Assembly: GCA_038212235.1 (NCBI GenBank)
Contig: JBBQUS010000032.1
Span: 1-61,966, forward strand
Reading direction: 5' to 3'
Source: Pyrinomonadales bacterium
Lineage (GTDB): Bacteria > Acidobacteriota > Blastocatellia > Pyrinomonadales > Pyrinomonadaceae
Length of the DNA: 61,966 nucleotides
A program made the translations under genes and the position numbers. This document shows, piece after piece, positions 7,531-17,596 of the stretch. Positions within the stretch are counted from its first letter, which is position 1; the number at the start of each line of letters is the position of its first letter. A model generated the notes under the pieces. It saw nothing but the letters and a program-made list of their open reading frames with translations, had not been told where the DNA came from and ran no database searches.

Positions 7531-9016
7531 GCATTTTCGCGACAATTTTGCCTGAACTCATGACGCCCGGAAGTCCTGCGCCCGGATGCGTTCCCGCCCC
7601 GACAAAATAAAGATTCGAAATGTCTTCGGAGACATTATGCGGGCGAAAATAAGCCGATTGCATCAAGGTCGGTTCGACTCCGAAAGCGTTGCCCGCGTAG
7701 CTGTTAAGAGTATCGCGAAAATGGAGCGGATCAATATAAGTTTCCGTGACGATATGTTGTTCCAAATCAGGCATATAGTTGTCTGAGAGGAATTTGATGA
7801 TCGAGTCGCGATACGGTTTTGCCGCTGTCGTCCAGTCAACGTTGCCGCCAAGATTCGGAACGGGCGAGAGGACGTACCAGCTATCACAACCCAGCGGAGC
7901 CAAACTTTCGTCGGTCGCAGTCGGGCGATGCAGATAGAGCGAAAAATCTTCCGCCAGAATTTTCCTGTTAAAAATGTCGTCAAGCAAGCCTTTGTAGCGC
8001 TTCCCCATAATTATTTCGTGATGCGCCATGTTTTCGTAACGGCGATTAGTACCAAAATAAATGACGAACAGCGACATCGAAAAGCGCAGCTTTTTAATCC
8101 GCGCGTCGGTGTTTTTGCGACGATATTTGTGGTCAATCAGGTTTAAATAAGTAAAACCGACATCAGCATTTGAAACGACGGCATCGGCGGGCAAAAAATC
8201 GCCGTTCTTTAGGTAAACGCCGGTTGCTTTTCTGGTTTTATCATCAATGAAAATCCGGTCAACTTCGGCTTCGAGAAAAATTTCGCCGCCGATGTCCAGA
8301 AACAGTTCAGATAAACCTCTGACCAAGGCTCCGGTTCCGCCCATCGCAAACCAGACGCCGAATTCCTGTTCCAGCCGATGAATCATCGAGTAAATCGAGG
8401 TCGCTTCAAAAGGATTGCCGCCGATCAGCAGCGGATGAAAACTAAAAGCCTGCTGCAGACGCTCGTCTTTAAAATATTTGGCGGCAAATTGAACGACCGA
8501 ACGATCCGAGCGCAGTTTAATCATCTGCGGCACAACGCGGAGCATATCGGTCATTTTGGTAAACGGCTGATCAATCAATTCAAATCCGACACGGTAAATC
8601 TCGCCCAAATCGCGGGCAAATTTTTTGTAGCCGGCGACGTCGTCCGGGTTAAATTTCCGAATTTGCGCGAGCAGATTTTCCTTGTCGTCGTTGTAATTAA
8701 AGACAGCGCCATCGGGAAAACGAATGTTATAAAACGGATCAATTTTAACCAGCCGAACGTAATCCGCTGTTTTCCTGCCGGCAACCTCAAACATTTCGTC
8801 AATCAGCCACGGCGCGGTAATAATGGTCGGACCGCCGTCAAAAACAAAACCGTCCTGCTCATAAACGTACGCCCGCCCGCCTGGTTTATCGCGTTTTTCG
8901 ATGATCGTGACTTGATGTCCCTGGGCTTGCAGACGAATCGCCGCTGAAAGCCCGCCAAAACCGCTCCCGATAACAATAATTTTCACTAATTCTCCCCTGC
9001 TTGTTCGATTGTCCAA
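7517..9016 (-). CDS. Phytoene desaturase family FAD-dependent oxidoreductase (CrtI/CrtD-like)
   Basis: KIIVIGSGFGGLSAAIRL dinucleotide-binding motif. About 500 aa. CrtI-family conserved blocks. The annotated start is TTG; an in-frame GTG (V of VKIIVIGSG, about 8985) gives the canonical N-terminus. Confidence 0.8.
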   Translation of the reverse strand: MDNRTSRGELVKIIVIGSGFGGLSAAIRLQAQGHQVTIIEKRDKPGGRAYVYEQDGFVFDGGPTIITAPWLIDEMFEVAGRKTADYVRLVKIDPFYNIRFPDGAVFNYNDDKENLLAQIRKFNPDDVAGYKKFARDLGEIYRVGFELIDQPFTKMTDMLRVVPQMIKLRSDRSVVQFAAKYFKDERLQQAFSFHPLLIGGNPFEATSIYSMIHRLEQEFGVWFAMGGTGALVRGLSELFLDIGGEIFLEAEVDRIFIDDKTRKATGVYLKNGDFLPADAVVSNADVGFTYLNLIDHKYRRKNTDARIKKLRFSMSLFVIYFGTNRRYENMAHHEIIMGKRYKGLLDDIFNRKILAEDFSLYLHRPTATDESLAPLGCDSWYVLSPVPNLGGNVDWTTAAKPYRDSIIKFLSDNYMPDLEQHIVTETYIDPLHFRDTLNSYAGNAFGVEPTLMQSAYFRPHNVSEDISNLYFVGAGTHPGAGLPGVMSSGKIVAKMLTQQ

Positions 9017-9136
9017 TCCTCGACTTTTAGGTTTGGAATGTTTTCAAAATTTCGCAAATTGCGCGACAATAACAGCATATCGTTCGCCAAAACGATAGAA
9101 GCTATTTTTAAGTCCATTGAAGCCACACCGAGGCAT

Positions 9137-9352
9137 CTATTCCTCGTCAAATTCATCTTCAACTTTTGTATTAATTCGGTATTCCCGCCCCAGACGCATC
9201 GCTTTCTCATACACTTCGTCATCGGCAAACGTCCCTTGAATTTGCTTCCACCAAGGTTCTTCGGCTTTCGTGTTTTTCTTGATCTCCGTTTGTAAGTCGG
9301 CGACTATTGCTTCCAAATTTGCAACTCGCGTTTCCAGTTCTTGCGTATTCAT
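9137..9352 (-). CDS. Small acidic coiled-coil protein, 71 aa, hypothetical
   Basis: ORF in the same orientation, sitting between the ACAD and crtI-like genes. Charged, helical composition. Confidence 0.4.
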   Translation of the reverse strand: MNTQELETRVANLEAIVADLQTEIKKNTKAEEPWWKQIQGTFADDEVYEKAMRLGREYRINTKVEDEFDEE

Positions 9353-9427
9353 GAAATTACCTCACAATTATTTTCAGCGACGCAAAGGTTAAAATGCAAA
9401 TTCGCGTGTTGAGAGAAATTATTTGTT

Positions 9428-10639
<1,212 letters not shown>

Positions 10640-10671
10640 TTGGCTTTTTTCCTGAAATCAGTCTGAAATTT

Positions 10672-11742
10672 ATGTCAAATTTTGAAGATACTAGGCCTAT
10701 CAGAGCAGGCGAAGAACTCGATGAGCAAAATTTAGCCGAATTTTTGCGGGCGAATTTGCAGATCGGCAACGACCGGATTGAGATCAAACAATTTCCCGCC
10801 GGAAGCTCGAATTTAACTTATTCGGTCAGATTTGGCGAACAGGAATTTGTTTTGCGCCGCCCGCCGTTTGGCAACACGGTCAAAACCGCGCACGATATGC
10901 GGAGAGAGTTTCGCGTCCTCTCCGCGCTTTCCAAAGTGTACTCGCCAGCTCCGCGCCCCGTCTTGTTTTGCGATGATGAAAAGGTGACGGGCACGGATTT
11001 TTATCTGATGGAGCGAAAGCGCGGAATTATCCTGCGAGGATTGCAAGTGCCGGAGGAACTGGCAAATTCTGCTGAACTCCAGCGCCGCGTTGGCGAAAGT
11101 TTTGTTGATAATTTAGCCGCGCTTCATAATCTCGACTATGAAAAAGCGGGACTTGGCGATTTGGGCAAACCGGAAGGTTATGTGAGACGCCAAACTTTAG
11201 GCTGGACGGAGAGATATTTTAAGGCTAAAACCGACGAACATGCCGAACTGGAAGCGGCAATCGCGTGGCTCAACGCCAACATTCCAGAAGATTTGCAAAA
11301 GCCCGCGCTCGTTCACAACGATTATAAATTCGACAACGTGATGCTTGACGAAAGCGATTTGACTCGCGTTGTCGCGGTGCTCGACTGGGAAATGGCGACA
11401 ATCGGCCAGCCGCTGATGGATTTGGGAACGACGCTCGGTTATTGGATGGATAAAAACTCACCGGAATTTCTCCGAACCATGCCGTTTAATCCGCGCGTCC
11501 TGATGGAAAACTTAACGCGGCTCGAACTGGCGGAACGTTACGCCGAAAAAACCGGCAGCAATCTCGATAATCTGCTTTTCTACTATGTTTTCGGCACTTT
11601 CAAAATCGCCGTCATCGCGCAGCAAATTTACTTTCGCTTTGTTAAAAAATTGACGCAGGACAAACGCTTTGCCAACTTCAACCAATTTGTCGCGGCGCTC
11701 GGGCGCATTGCCGCAAACGCAATCGAAAAAGAGATGGTTTAA
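10672..11742 (+). CDS. Phosphotransferase enzyme family (APH/choline kinase-like) kinase
   Basis: Brenner/APH motifs: LVHNDYKFDNVML (catalytic HxDxxxxN) and VLDWEMAT (DxE). Divergent from the ACAD with only about 30 bp between start codons. Confidence 0.75.
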   Translation: MSNFEDTRPIRAGEELDEQNLAEFLRANLQIGNDRIEIKQFPAGSSNLTYSVRFGEQEFVLRRPPFGNTVKTAHDMRREFRVLSALSKVYSPAPRPVLFCDDEKVTGTDFYLMERKRGIILRGLQVPEELANSAELQRRVGESFVDNLAALHNLDYEKAGLGDLGKPEGYVRRQTLGWTERYFKAKTDEHAELEAAIAWLNANIPEDLQKPALVHNDYKFDNVMLDESDLTRVVAVLDWEMATIGQPLMDLGTTLGYWMDKNSPEFLRTMPFNPRVLMENLTRLELAERYAEKTGSNLDNLLFYYVFGTFKIAVIAQQIYFRFVKKLTQDKRFANFNQFVAALGRIAANAIEKEMV

Positions 11743-11767
11743 AGTAAATCTCGGGTAATTCAAAGGC

Positions 11768-11928
11768 AAATGTAGGGGCGAGCGGCTTGTCCCCACCCAA
11801 TGAGCCGAAGGCGAACAACGCATTATTATCCGCGATGTTTTATAATCGAACATATTAGTCAATCGAAGACAATTATCGCGTTGCCAAAGCTCAACGCTCA
11901 TTGGGTGGGGACAAGCCCACAACCCCTA
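11768..11928. repeat. MITE-like element: about 35-bp imperfect terminal inverted repeats (TGTAGGGG...CTTGTCCCCACCCAATGAGC) flanking an AT-rich core of about 90 bp
   Basis: The left arm at about 11769-11803 is the reverse complement of the right arm at about 11893-11927 with about 5 mismatches. Lies between convergent genes. Confidence 0.7.
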
Positions 11929-11969
11929 CAACTAAAAACATTTATCAGCGTCAATCAGCCTAATCCGCG

Positions 11970-13055
11970 TCATCTGCGGTCTATTTTCTGCAACATTTCC
12001 CGAAGCGGCCAGTCGTCGTCAAAAATTATCTCTATTTCAACCACAAAACACGGCAAACTGAATTTTAAATTCTTTAATTTTACCGCGTCTTTGGCCGTTG
12101 TCAGCAATATTTCCGCGCCGTTTAAGCGCGCTTGATTCTCAATAAAATCAAGGTCAATTTGTTGGTAAACGTGATGATCCGGAAACGCTTTGACGGATGC
12201 GAGGAGAAAATCCGATTGCCGCAGGCTCTCGAAAAATCCGTGCGGATTGCCGAGCGCGCAAAACGCCAGCCCGATTTTGGATTTCGTATTTCGTATTTCG
12301 TATTCCGCGCTCGATAAATCCGGTGATTTGGCGGGAAACCCTCTGATATTTGTCAGCCCGACGATTCGAGTTTTTGACAGCAAAATCTGACAAGTTGCAT
12401 TGAGACTTTGGACTTTGAGCTTTAAACTTTGAACTTTGTCGCTCAAATCGGCGCGGGTTAAAACTACGCAATCGGCGCGGCGCAGACTTGTTAAAGACTC
12501 GCGAAGGATTCCAGCGGGTAATAATTTTTCATTGCCAAAAGGGTTGGTTGAGTCTATGCAGACAATGTCCAAATCGCGTTTAAGCCTCAGATGCTGAAAG
12601 CCATCGTCCAGAACAAAAGCCGTAATTCCCCAAGTCCTGAACGCCCAGATTCCGGCTGCCGCGCGATTTTTGTCCGCAATGACGGCTGCCATCCCGAGTA
12701 ATTTGTTTGAGAGCTCAAACGGTTCGTCACCTGCGCTCTCGGCATCGGCTAAAATTTGCTGTCCATCGGAAACTAAAACTCTTTTTGTCGGGCTAGCGCG
12801 TTTGTAGCCGCGTGTCAGAATACAGACTTTGTGTCCGCGTTCGGCTAAAACTTCAGCCACAAATCGGACGAGCGGCGTTTTGCCCGTCCCGCCAACCGTT
12901 AAATTTCCGACGCTGATAACCAGAGCGCCCAAATCAACCGATTTGAAAAAACCGTGACGGTAGAGTCTGCGTCGCCCTCCGGCGATTCCGCCAAACAGCC
13001 AGCCAAACGGCGCCAGCAATTTTTCAGCTTGTTTGTTCAAATTATTTTTCCGCAA
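11970..13055 (-). CDS. lpxK: Tetraacyldisaccharide 4'-kinase
   Basis: VGNLTVGGTGKTP P-loop, DDGFQH, TAKDAVK motifs. Contains two in-frame heptamer repeat blocks. Confidence 0.85.
   Translation of the reverse strand: MRKNNLNKQAEKLLAPFGWLFGGIAGGRRRLYRHGFFKSVDLGALVISVGNLTVGGTGKTPLVRFVAEVLAERGHKVCILTRGYKRASPTKRVLVSDGQQILADAESAGDEPFELSNKLLGMAAVIADKNRAAAGIWAFRTWGITAFVLDDGFQHLRLKRDLDIVCIDSTNPFGNEKLLPAGILRESLTSLRRADCVVLTRADLSDKVQSLKLKVQSLNATCQILLSKTRIVGLTNIRGFPAKSPDLSSAEYEIRNTKSKIGLAFCALGNPHGFFESLRQSDFLLASVKAFPDHHVYQQIDLDFIENQARLNGAEILLTTAKDAVKLKNLKFSLPCFVVEIEIIFDDDWPLREMLQKIDRR
12278..12308. repeat. (ATTTCGT)x3-4 heptamer tandem repeat inside the lpxK CDS
   Basis: gatttcgtatttcgtatttcgtattccgc. 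On the coding strand it encodes AEYEIRNTKSK. Confidence 0.85.
12404..12437. repeat. (GACTTTG/AACTTTG) heptamer-derived repeat inside the lpxK CDS
   Basis: gactttggactttgagctttaaactttgaactttg. Encodes QSLKLKVQSL on the coding strand. Confidence 0.8.
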
Positions 13056-14688
13056 AACTCGTGGCCAGCGTTCCGATCAATCCGAACGGCGAAAGCGTCC
13101 GTCTTTCCGCCCCGTCGCGAACCAGACCGGTTTCGCTGATTGTCCAGAACCAGTCCGGCGCGGGTTCGCTCGGTTGAACGGCCGTTTCCGCCGCGTTTTT
13201 GTTTTTAGCGAAAAGCCTGACAAATCGAACCGGCGTTTCTTCGTCGCGAGTCAAGGTTCGCACAAAAGTTCCGCTCTGAGTCGGTTTGGTATCGTTAAAT
13301 CTAGTCCAAATCGGTTGAGTCTGAAATGTTTGATTTTGCTCGCGCGCGGCGCGGCAAATTTGCAAACTTTCCTCACTGCCAATCAGCAAAAAGTTATTAA
13401 CCAGGTCGCTTTTCTTGTCACTCTCGGCCCGCAGACTTTTATTGAGCGCGGCGGCATCTTTGACACCCGCAACCGCGATTGTCGCATCTTCGTCGGTTGA
13501 AAGCTGAACCGTCGCCAATGCGCCGCCGGTCTGGCTCAAAAAATCATCGGCGTGTTCAATTCCGTAAGGAGCCAGCAATCCGCCCGCGGCTTGCGAAAAA
13601 GCCGCCGCGCTAAAAGCGTCGAGTTTGGTCGTCATCGCAAAAATAACTCCGCGCCAGGCGAACTGCGGATTTTTTAGATTGTAAATCGTTAAAGAATGTA
13701 GATTTGCCGGAAGTAATTGGGCAATCGTCGAATTATCTCTTTCCTGCTCCGCCAATGGTTCGCGCAGACGGGCGACCAAATCCGGCGGCATTTGGACGAA
13801 ATAACGATCTTCGATGTTGCTGTCCAAACCTCTGCGCGCCGTCCAGCCGATTGCCGTCACTGACTTTTGCACAAACGGCGGCAAAGACTGCGCCAGCAGG
13901 CTCATCGCGCGCGGGTCTTCGGATATTTGGCCGGCTGCCATCACCGCGCCGACATTTGAAAGCTGTTTGATGCCTTCGGGCGTCACAAATCCAAACGCAA
14001 AAGCTGTTTCTCGGTCGGTGTTGACACTCATCCGCGCCAGATTCTGGTCGTCGGCGAGCGATTTACGCTGGCCGTTTTTCACATCGAGACAGGCTTGAAC
14101 CGCCGTTTCATCATTGCCGAGAATCACCGTTGTTCCGATAACAGCAGCAAACAGATTGCGTTCGTCCGCGACGGAGCGGAAAATCGTCCAGGCGGCGTTA
14201 CCTGTTTCTTTCTTCTCAACCCGAACCGCGCCGAATTGACGACGCGCGAAAGCGCCGATTTCATTTTCGACAAAACCACCGGCGCGGCTCGATTTGGTTT
14301 CAATCACGACGGCGAATTGCGGTCGGATTTTTAAACTCTCGCCTGCGTCAGCCGTCCCGATGCCCATCAACGCCACCGCAATTTGCGCTCTGCCAACGAC
14401 GATTGATGCGGTCGAACCCAGATTGGCACTGGCCATCGCTTGACTAAACCAGCTAAATTTCCCGTAATCTTTGTCCAAACCGTACCGCGGGGCAATGTCG
14501 CGCCACGCGCCTGTTTCGGTCAAGGCGGTTAAAATTTGCGGCAAATCGTCGGCTTCCAGATAGAGCAGAGTTTCCGCCGGAACGTCGGCCGCCATATTAA
14601 CCGGCTGCGGGCGCTGCCAGATAATCCACGCTGCCGCCAGCAGCACTGCGAATGCCGCCGCGAAAATTAACCATTTCCAAGATTTCAT
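13042..14688 (-). CDS. Hypothetical signal-anchored/secreted protein, about 548 aa, possibly DUF3352-like
   Basis: N-terminal hydrophobic anchor MKSWKWLIFAAAFAVLLAAAW. 14-nt overlap with the lpxK start suggests an operon. Confidence 0.5.
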   Translation of the reverse strand: MKSWKWLIFAAAFAVLLAAAWIIWQRPQPVNMAADVPAETLLYLEADDLPQILTALTETGAWRDIAPRYGLDKDYGKFSWFSQAMASANLGSTASIVVGRAQIAVALMGIGTADAGESLKIRPQFAVVIETKSSRAGGFVENEIGAFARRQFGAVRVEKKETGNAAWTIFRSVADERNLFAAVIGTTVILGNDETAVQACLDVKNGQRKSLADDQNLARMSVNTDRETAFAFGFVTPEGIKQLSNVGAVMAAGQISEDPRAMSLLAQSLPPFVQKSVTAIGWTARRGLDSNIEDRYFVQMPPDLVARLREPLAEQERDNSTIAQLLPANLHSLTIYNLKNPQFAWRGVIFAMTTKLDAFSAAAFSQAAGGLLAPYGIEHADDFLSQTGGALATVQLSTDEDATIAVAGVKDAAALNKSLRAESDKKSDLVNNFLLIGSEESLQICRAAREQNQTFQTQPIWTRFNDTKPTQSGTFVRTLTRDEETPVRFVRLFAKNKNAAETAVQPSEPAPDWFWTISETGLVRDGAERRTLSPFGLIGTLATSFAEK

Positions 14689-14806
14689 CTTTACTGCCTT
14701 GATTTTAACTCGTGCAATTTTGAACCGAATTTGCGAAACGGGCAACCCGCGCTCGCGGCAGCAAAAGTATTTTTAACTTTGATACTCGCTGCCCTTTGGG
14801 TTTAAG

Positions 14807-16855
14807 ATGATGCAAGTGATCAAATTTCCCCTGAAAAATATTTTTTGGCGTTATTTTGTAATTGTCGCTTTCATCGTTTTATTTACGGTGATCCGTTGGC
14901 TGATGCACCCGCTTTTGGCCGACGACGGACCGTTTTTCCTGTTTATTCTGCCCGTCATTTTAGGAGCGCTGGTCGGTAATTTCTTTACCGGCGTTTTTGC
15001 GACCTTGCTCTGTACTTTGAGCGGCATCGTCTTTTTTATTCAGCCTTATTATTCGCTGAAGATGGAAAAGCAGCGAGACTTTTTCAATGTGACGACCTTT
15101 ATCGTCGTCGGAGTCGTCGTCTCGTGGCTCGTTGAGCAATTACATTACGCTCGCTCTCTGGCTGAGGCTAAAGCTGCCGAAGCGCTCAAAGAAGCCGAAG
15201 AATCACGCGTTGCCGAAGAGTATTACCGGGAGTCGGAAGCGCGTTTTCGCAACGTCGCCGATGCCGCGCCTGTCATGATCTGGGTTGCCGACACAACCAA
15301 AAAATGCGTCTGGTTTAACAGCGCCTGGCTCGAGTTTACCGGGCGAACGATGGAGGAGGAAATTGCCAATACCAGAGAAAACGCCATTCACCCGGATGAT
15401 TTCGAGCATTGTACCAAAGTCTATTTCTCGGCTTTCGATGAGCGAAAACCTTACAACATGGAGTATCGTTTGCAGCACAGCGGAGAATACCGCTGGATTT
15501 TAGATCACGGCGTGCCGCGCTTTGCTCCAAACGGCGAGTTTTTAGGGTTTATCGGCTCCTGTCTCGATATTGATGATCGCCGACAGGTCGAAACGGAAAG
15601 GGAAAAACTGCTCGAACAGGCTCGTCAGGCGCACGCTCAAGCTGAAATTGCCAATCGGCTGAAAGACGAATTTATCGGAACGGTGTCGCATGAACTGCGA
15701 ACGCCTCTCAATGCGATTTTGGGCTGGACGCAAATGCTGCACGGCGGATTGGTAAGCTTTGAACAAACCGGGAAAGCCATCGAAGTGATTGAGCGCAACG
15801 CCCAGTCACAAGCCCAGTTGATCGAGGATTTGCTCGATATTACGCGGATTACCAGCGGTAAATTTCGGCTCAATGTTTTTCCAGTTAACCTGGCAGAAGT
15901 GGTCGAAGCCGCCGTTGATACGATTCGCCCCGCCGCAGAAGCCAAAGACATCGCCATTAATAAAATCCTTGATTCAAAAGCCGGATTGGTTTCGGGAGAT
16001 GTAGATCGTTTGCAGCAAGTAGTCTGGAATCTGCTTTCCAACGCGGTTAAGTTTTCGTCCAAAGGCGGACGCGTTGAAGTGCGTCTGGAAAAAATCGGCT
16101 CTTACATTGAAATTGCCGTGCAGGATTCGGGCAAAGGCATCGAACAGGAATTTCTTCCGTATGTTTTTGACCGGTTTCGGCAGCAGGACGGTGCGACAAC
16201 TCGCAAATACGGCGGACTGGGACTTGGTTTGGCAATCGTTCGCAACATTGTCGAACTGCACGGAGGCACTGTCAGAGCCGATTCCGAAGGCGAAAATAAG
16301 GGAGCCGTTTTTACCGTCCGAATGCCTTTGCGCGCCCTCACTGAAATTAAAAAATCGCCGTCGGGCGACGTTGACGAAAAAATAATTCCGGCGGTTGGTT
16401 TTAACACCGTGCCGGATATGTCAATTGATTTGCACGGCTTGAAAATCGTTGTGGTTGATGACGAACCGGACGCGCGCGAATTGCTCTGTTCGCTCCTCAC
16501 GGTTTACGGCGCAGAAGTTACACCATGCGGTTCGGCCACAGAGGCTTTAGAGGTGATTCCCACTGTGCGGCCGCAAATTTTGGTTTCCGATATTGGAATG
16601 CCGCAAATGGATGGCTACGCTCTGATTAAAAAGCTGCGCGAATTTGACGCGGACGCGGGCGGTCAAGTGCCCGCGATTGCTCTGACCGCCTACACCCGCG
16701 TCGAAGATCGGATTCGCGCTCTTTCACAGGGCTTTCAAATGTTTGTCCCAAAACCGGTTGAACCGAGTGAACTGGTGGCGGCGATAAAAAGTTTGTCCGG
16801 CTTAAACGAAAACATCATCCAGACAAACGGCGACGGTGAAAAGAGCAATGAGTGA
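14807..16855 (+). CDS. Hybrid sensor histidine kinase/response regulator (DUF4118-type TM sensor, PAS, HisKA, HATPase_c, C-terminal REC)
   Basis: Four N-terminal TM helices. H-box SHELRTPLNAILGW. G-boxes. Receiver with DD...D...K signature (VVDDEPD, SDIGMPQMDG). Confidence 0.85.
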   Translation: MMQVIKFPLKNIFWRYFVIVAFIVLFTVIRWLMHPLLADDGPFFLFILPVILGALVGNFFTGVFATLLCTLSGIVFFIQPYYSLKMEKQRDFFNVTTFIVVGVVVSWLVEQLHYARSLAEAKAAEALKEAEESRVAEEYYRESEARFRNVADAAPVMIWVADTTKKCVWFNSAWLEFTGRTMEEEIANTRENAIHPDDFEHCTKVYFSAFDERKPYNMEYRLQHSGEYRWILDHGVPRFAPNGEFLGFIGSCLDIDDRRQVETEREKLLEQARQAHAQAEIANRLKDEFIGTVSHELRTPLNAILGWTQMLHGGLVSFEQTGKAIEVIERNAQSQAQLIEDLLDITRITSGKFRLNVFPVNLAEVVEAAVDTIRPAAEAKDIAINKILDSKAGLVSGDVDRLQQVVWNLLSNAVKFSSKGGRVEVRLEKIGSYIEIAVQDSGKGIEQEFLPYVFDRFRQQDGATTRKYGGLGLGLAIVRNIVELHGGTVRADSEGENKGAVFTVRMPLRALTEIKKSPSGDVDEKIIPAVGFNTVPDMSIDLHGLKIVVVDDEPDARELLCSLLTVYGAEVTPCGSATEALEVIPTVRPQILVSDIGMPQMDGYALIKKLREFDADAGGQVPAIALTAYTRVEDRIRALSQGFQMFVPKPVEPSELVAAIKSLSGLNENIIQTNGDGEKSNE

Positions 16856-17429
16856 AATGGCGGCGCTTGAAATTGCTGAAAATGGAACATTAACCAGAAG
16901 CTTAACGGAACTCGGCGCGCTCATCGAAGCCCTGATTTTTGTTGCCGACGAGCCGCTTTCGACTAAGACGATTGCGGAATTAACGGATGAAGATCGGAAT
17001 TTAATTCAGTCGGTAATTGAAAATTTATCCGCCGAAATCAACGAGCGAAACAGTGGTTTACAACTCAGGGAAGTTGCGGGCGGATGGCAAATTTCGACCC
17101 GTCCGGAATTTCATGAAGAAATTCGCAAGTTTCTAAAAACGCGACCGAACGCGAAACTATCGCTCGCCGCGCTCGAAACGCTAGCCGTGATCGCCTACAA
17201 GCAACCCGTCACCGTCCCGGAAATCATGGAAATTCGCGGTGTGCAATCCGGTTCGGCCATCAAAACTCTGCTTGATAAACGCCTGATTGCCGCCAAAGGG
17301 CGCAAGGAAACGGTGGGCCGCCCGATACTCTATGGCACTTCAAGGGAATTTCTGCTGCAATTCGGTTTAAAAGATTTAGCCGAACTGCCGAGCGTCGAGG
17401 ATTTTGAGGATTTGACGAGCAGCAGTTAA
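16848..17429 (+). CDS. scpB: SMC-Scp complex subunit ScpB
   Basis: ScpB winged-helix pattern (LIEALIFVADEPLS...GLQLREVAGGWQ...). Overlaps the kinase stop by 8 nt. Confidence 0.7.
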   Translation: MSEMAALEIAENGTLTRSLTELGALIEALIFVADEPLSTKTIAELTDEDRNLIQSVIENLSAEINERNSGLQLREVAGGWQISTRPEFHEEIRKFLKTRPNAKLSLAALETLAVIAYKQPVTVPEIMEIRGVQSGSAIKTLLDKRLIAAKGRKETVGRPILYGTSREFLLQFGLKDLAELPSVEDFEDLTSSS

Positions 17430-17596
17430 ATCAAAACGCTTTAAACTTTTGCTGTTCCAAGGACATCTTAAGAAAATACCTCCGGCTGCTAAAAGAGTAA
17501 AATTTTTCAGCAATTTTGTCTGAAAGAGAAAAAGCAATCGGCGAAATTACTTTGCTCTTTAAATTGCAGGTTGTATTTGATGGCGAGGTTAAAAAT

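Noticed and set aside
11512-12135. ORFs 11512..11922 (-) and 11800..12135 (+)
   Set aside because: Both read through the MITE-like inverted repeat and into the lpxK 3' region. Their reciprocal similarity (…AHWVGTS…) is a by-product of translating the two arms of the inverted repeat.
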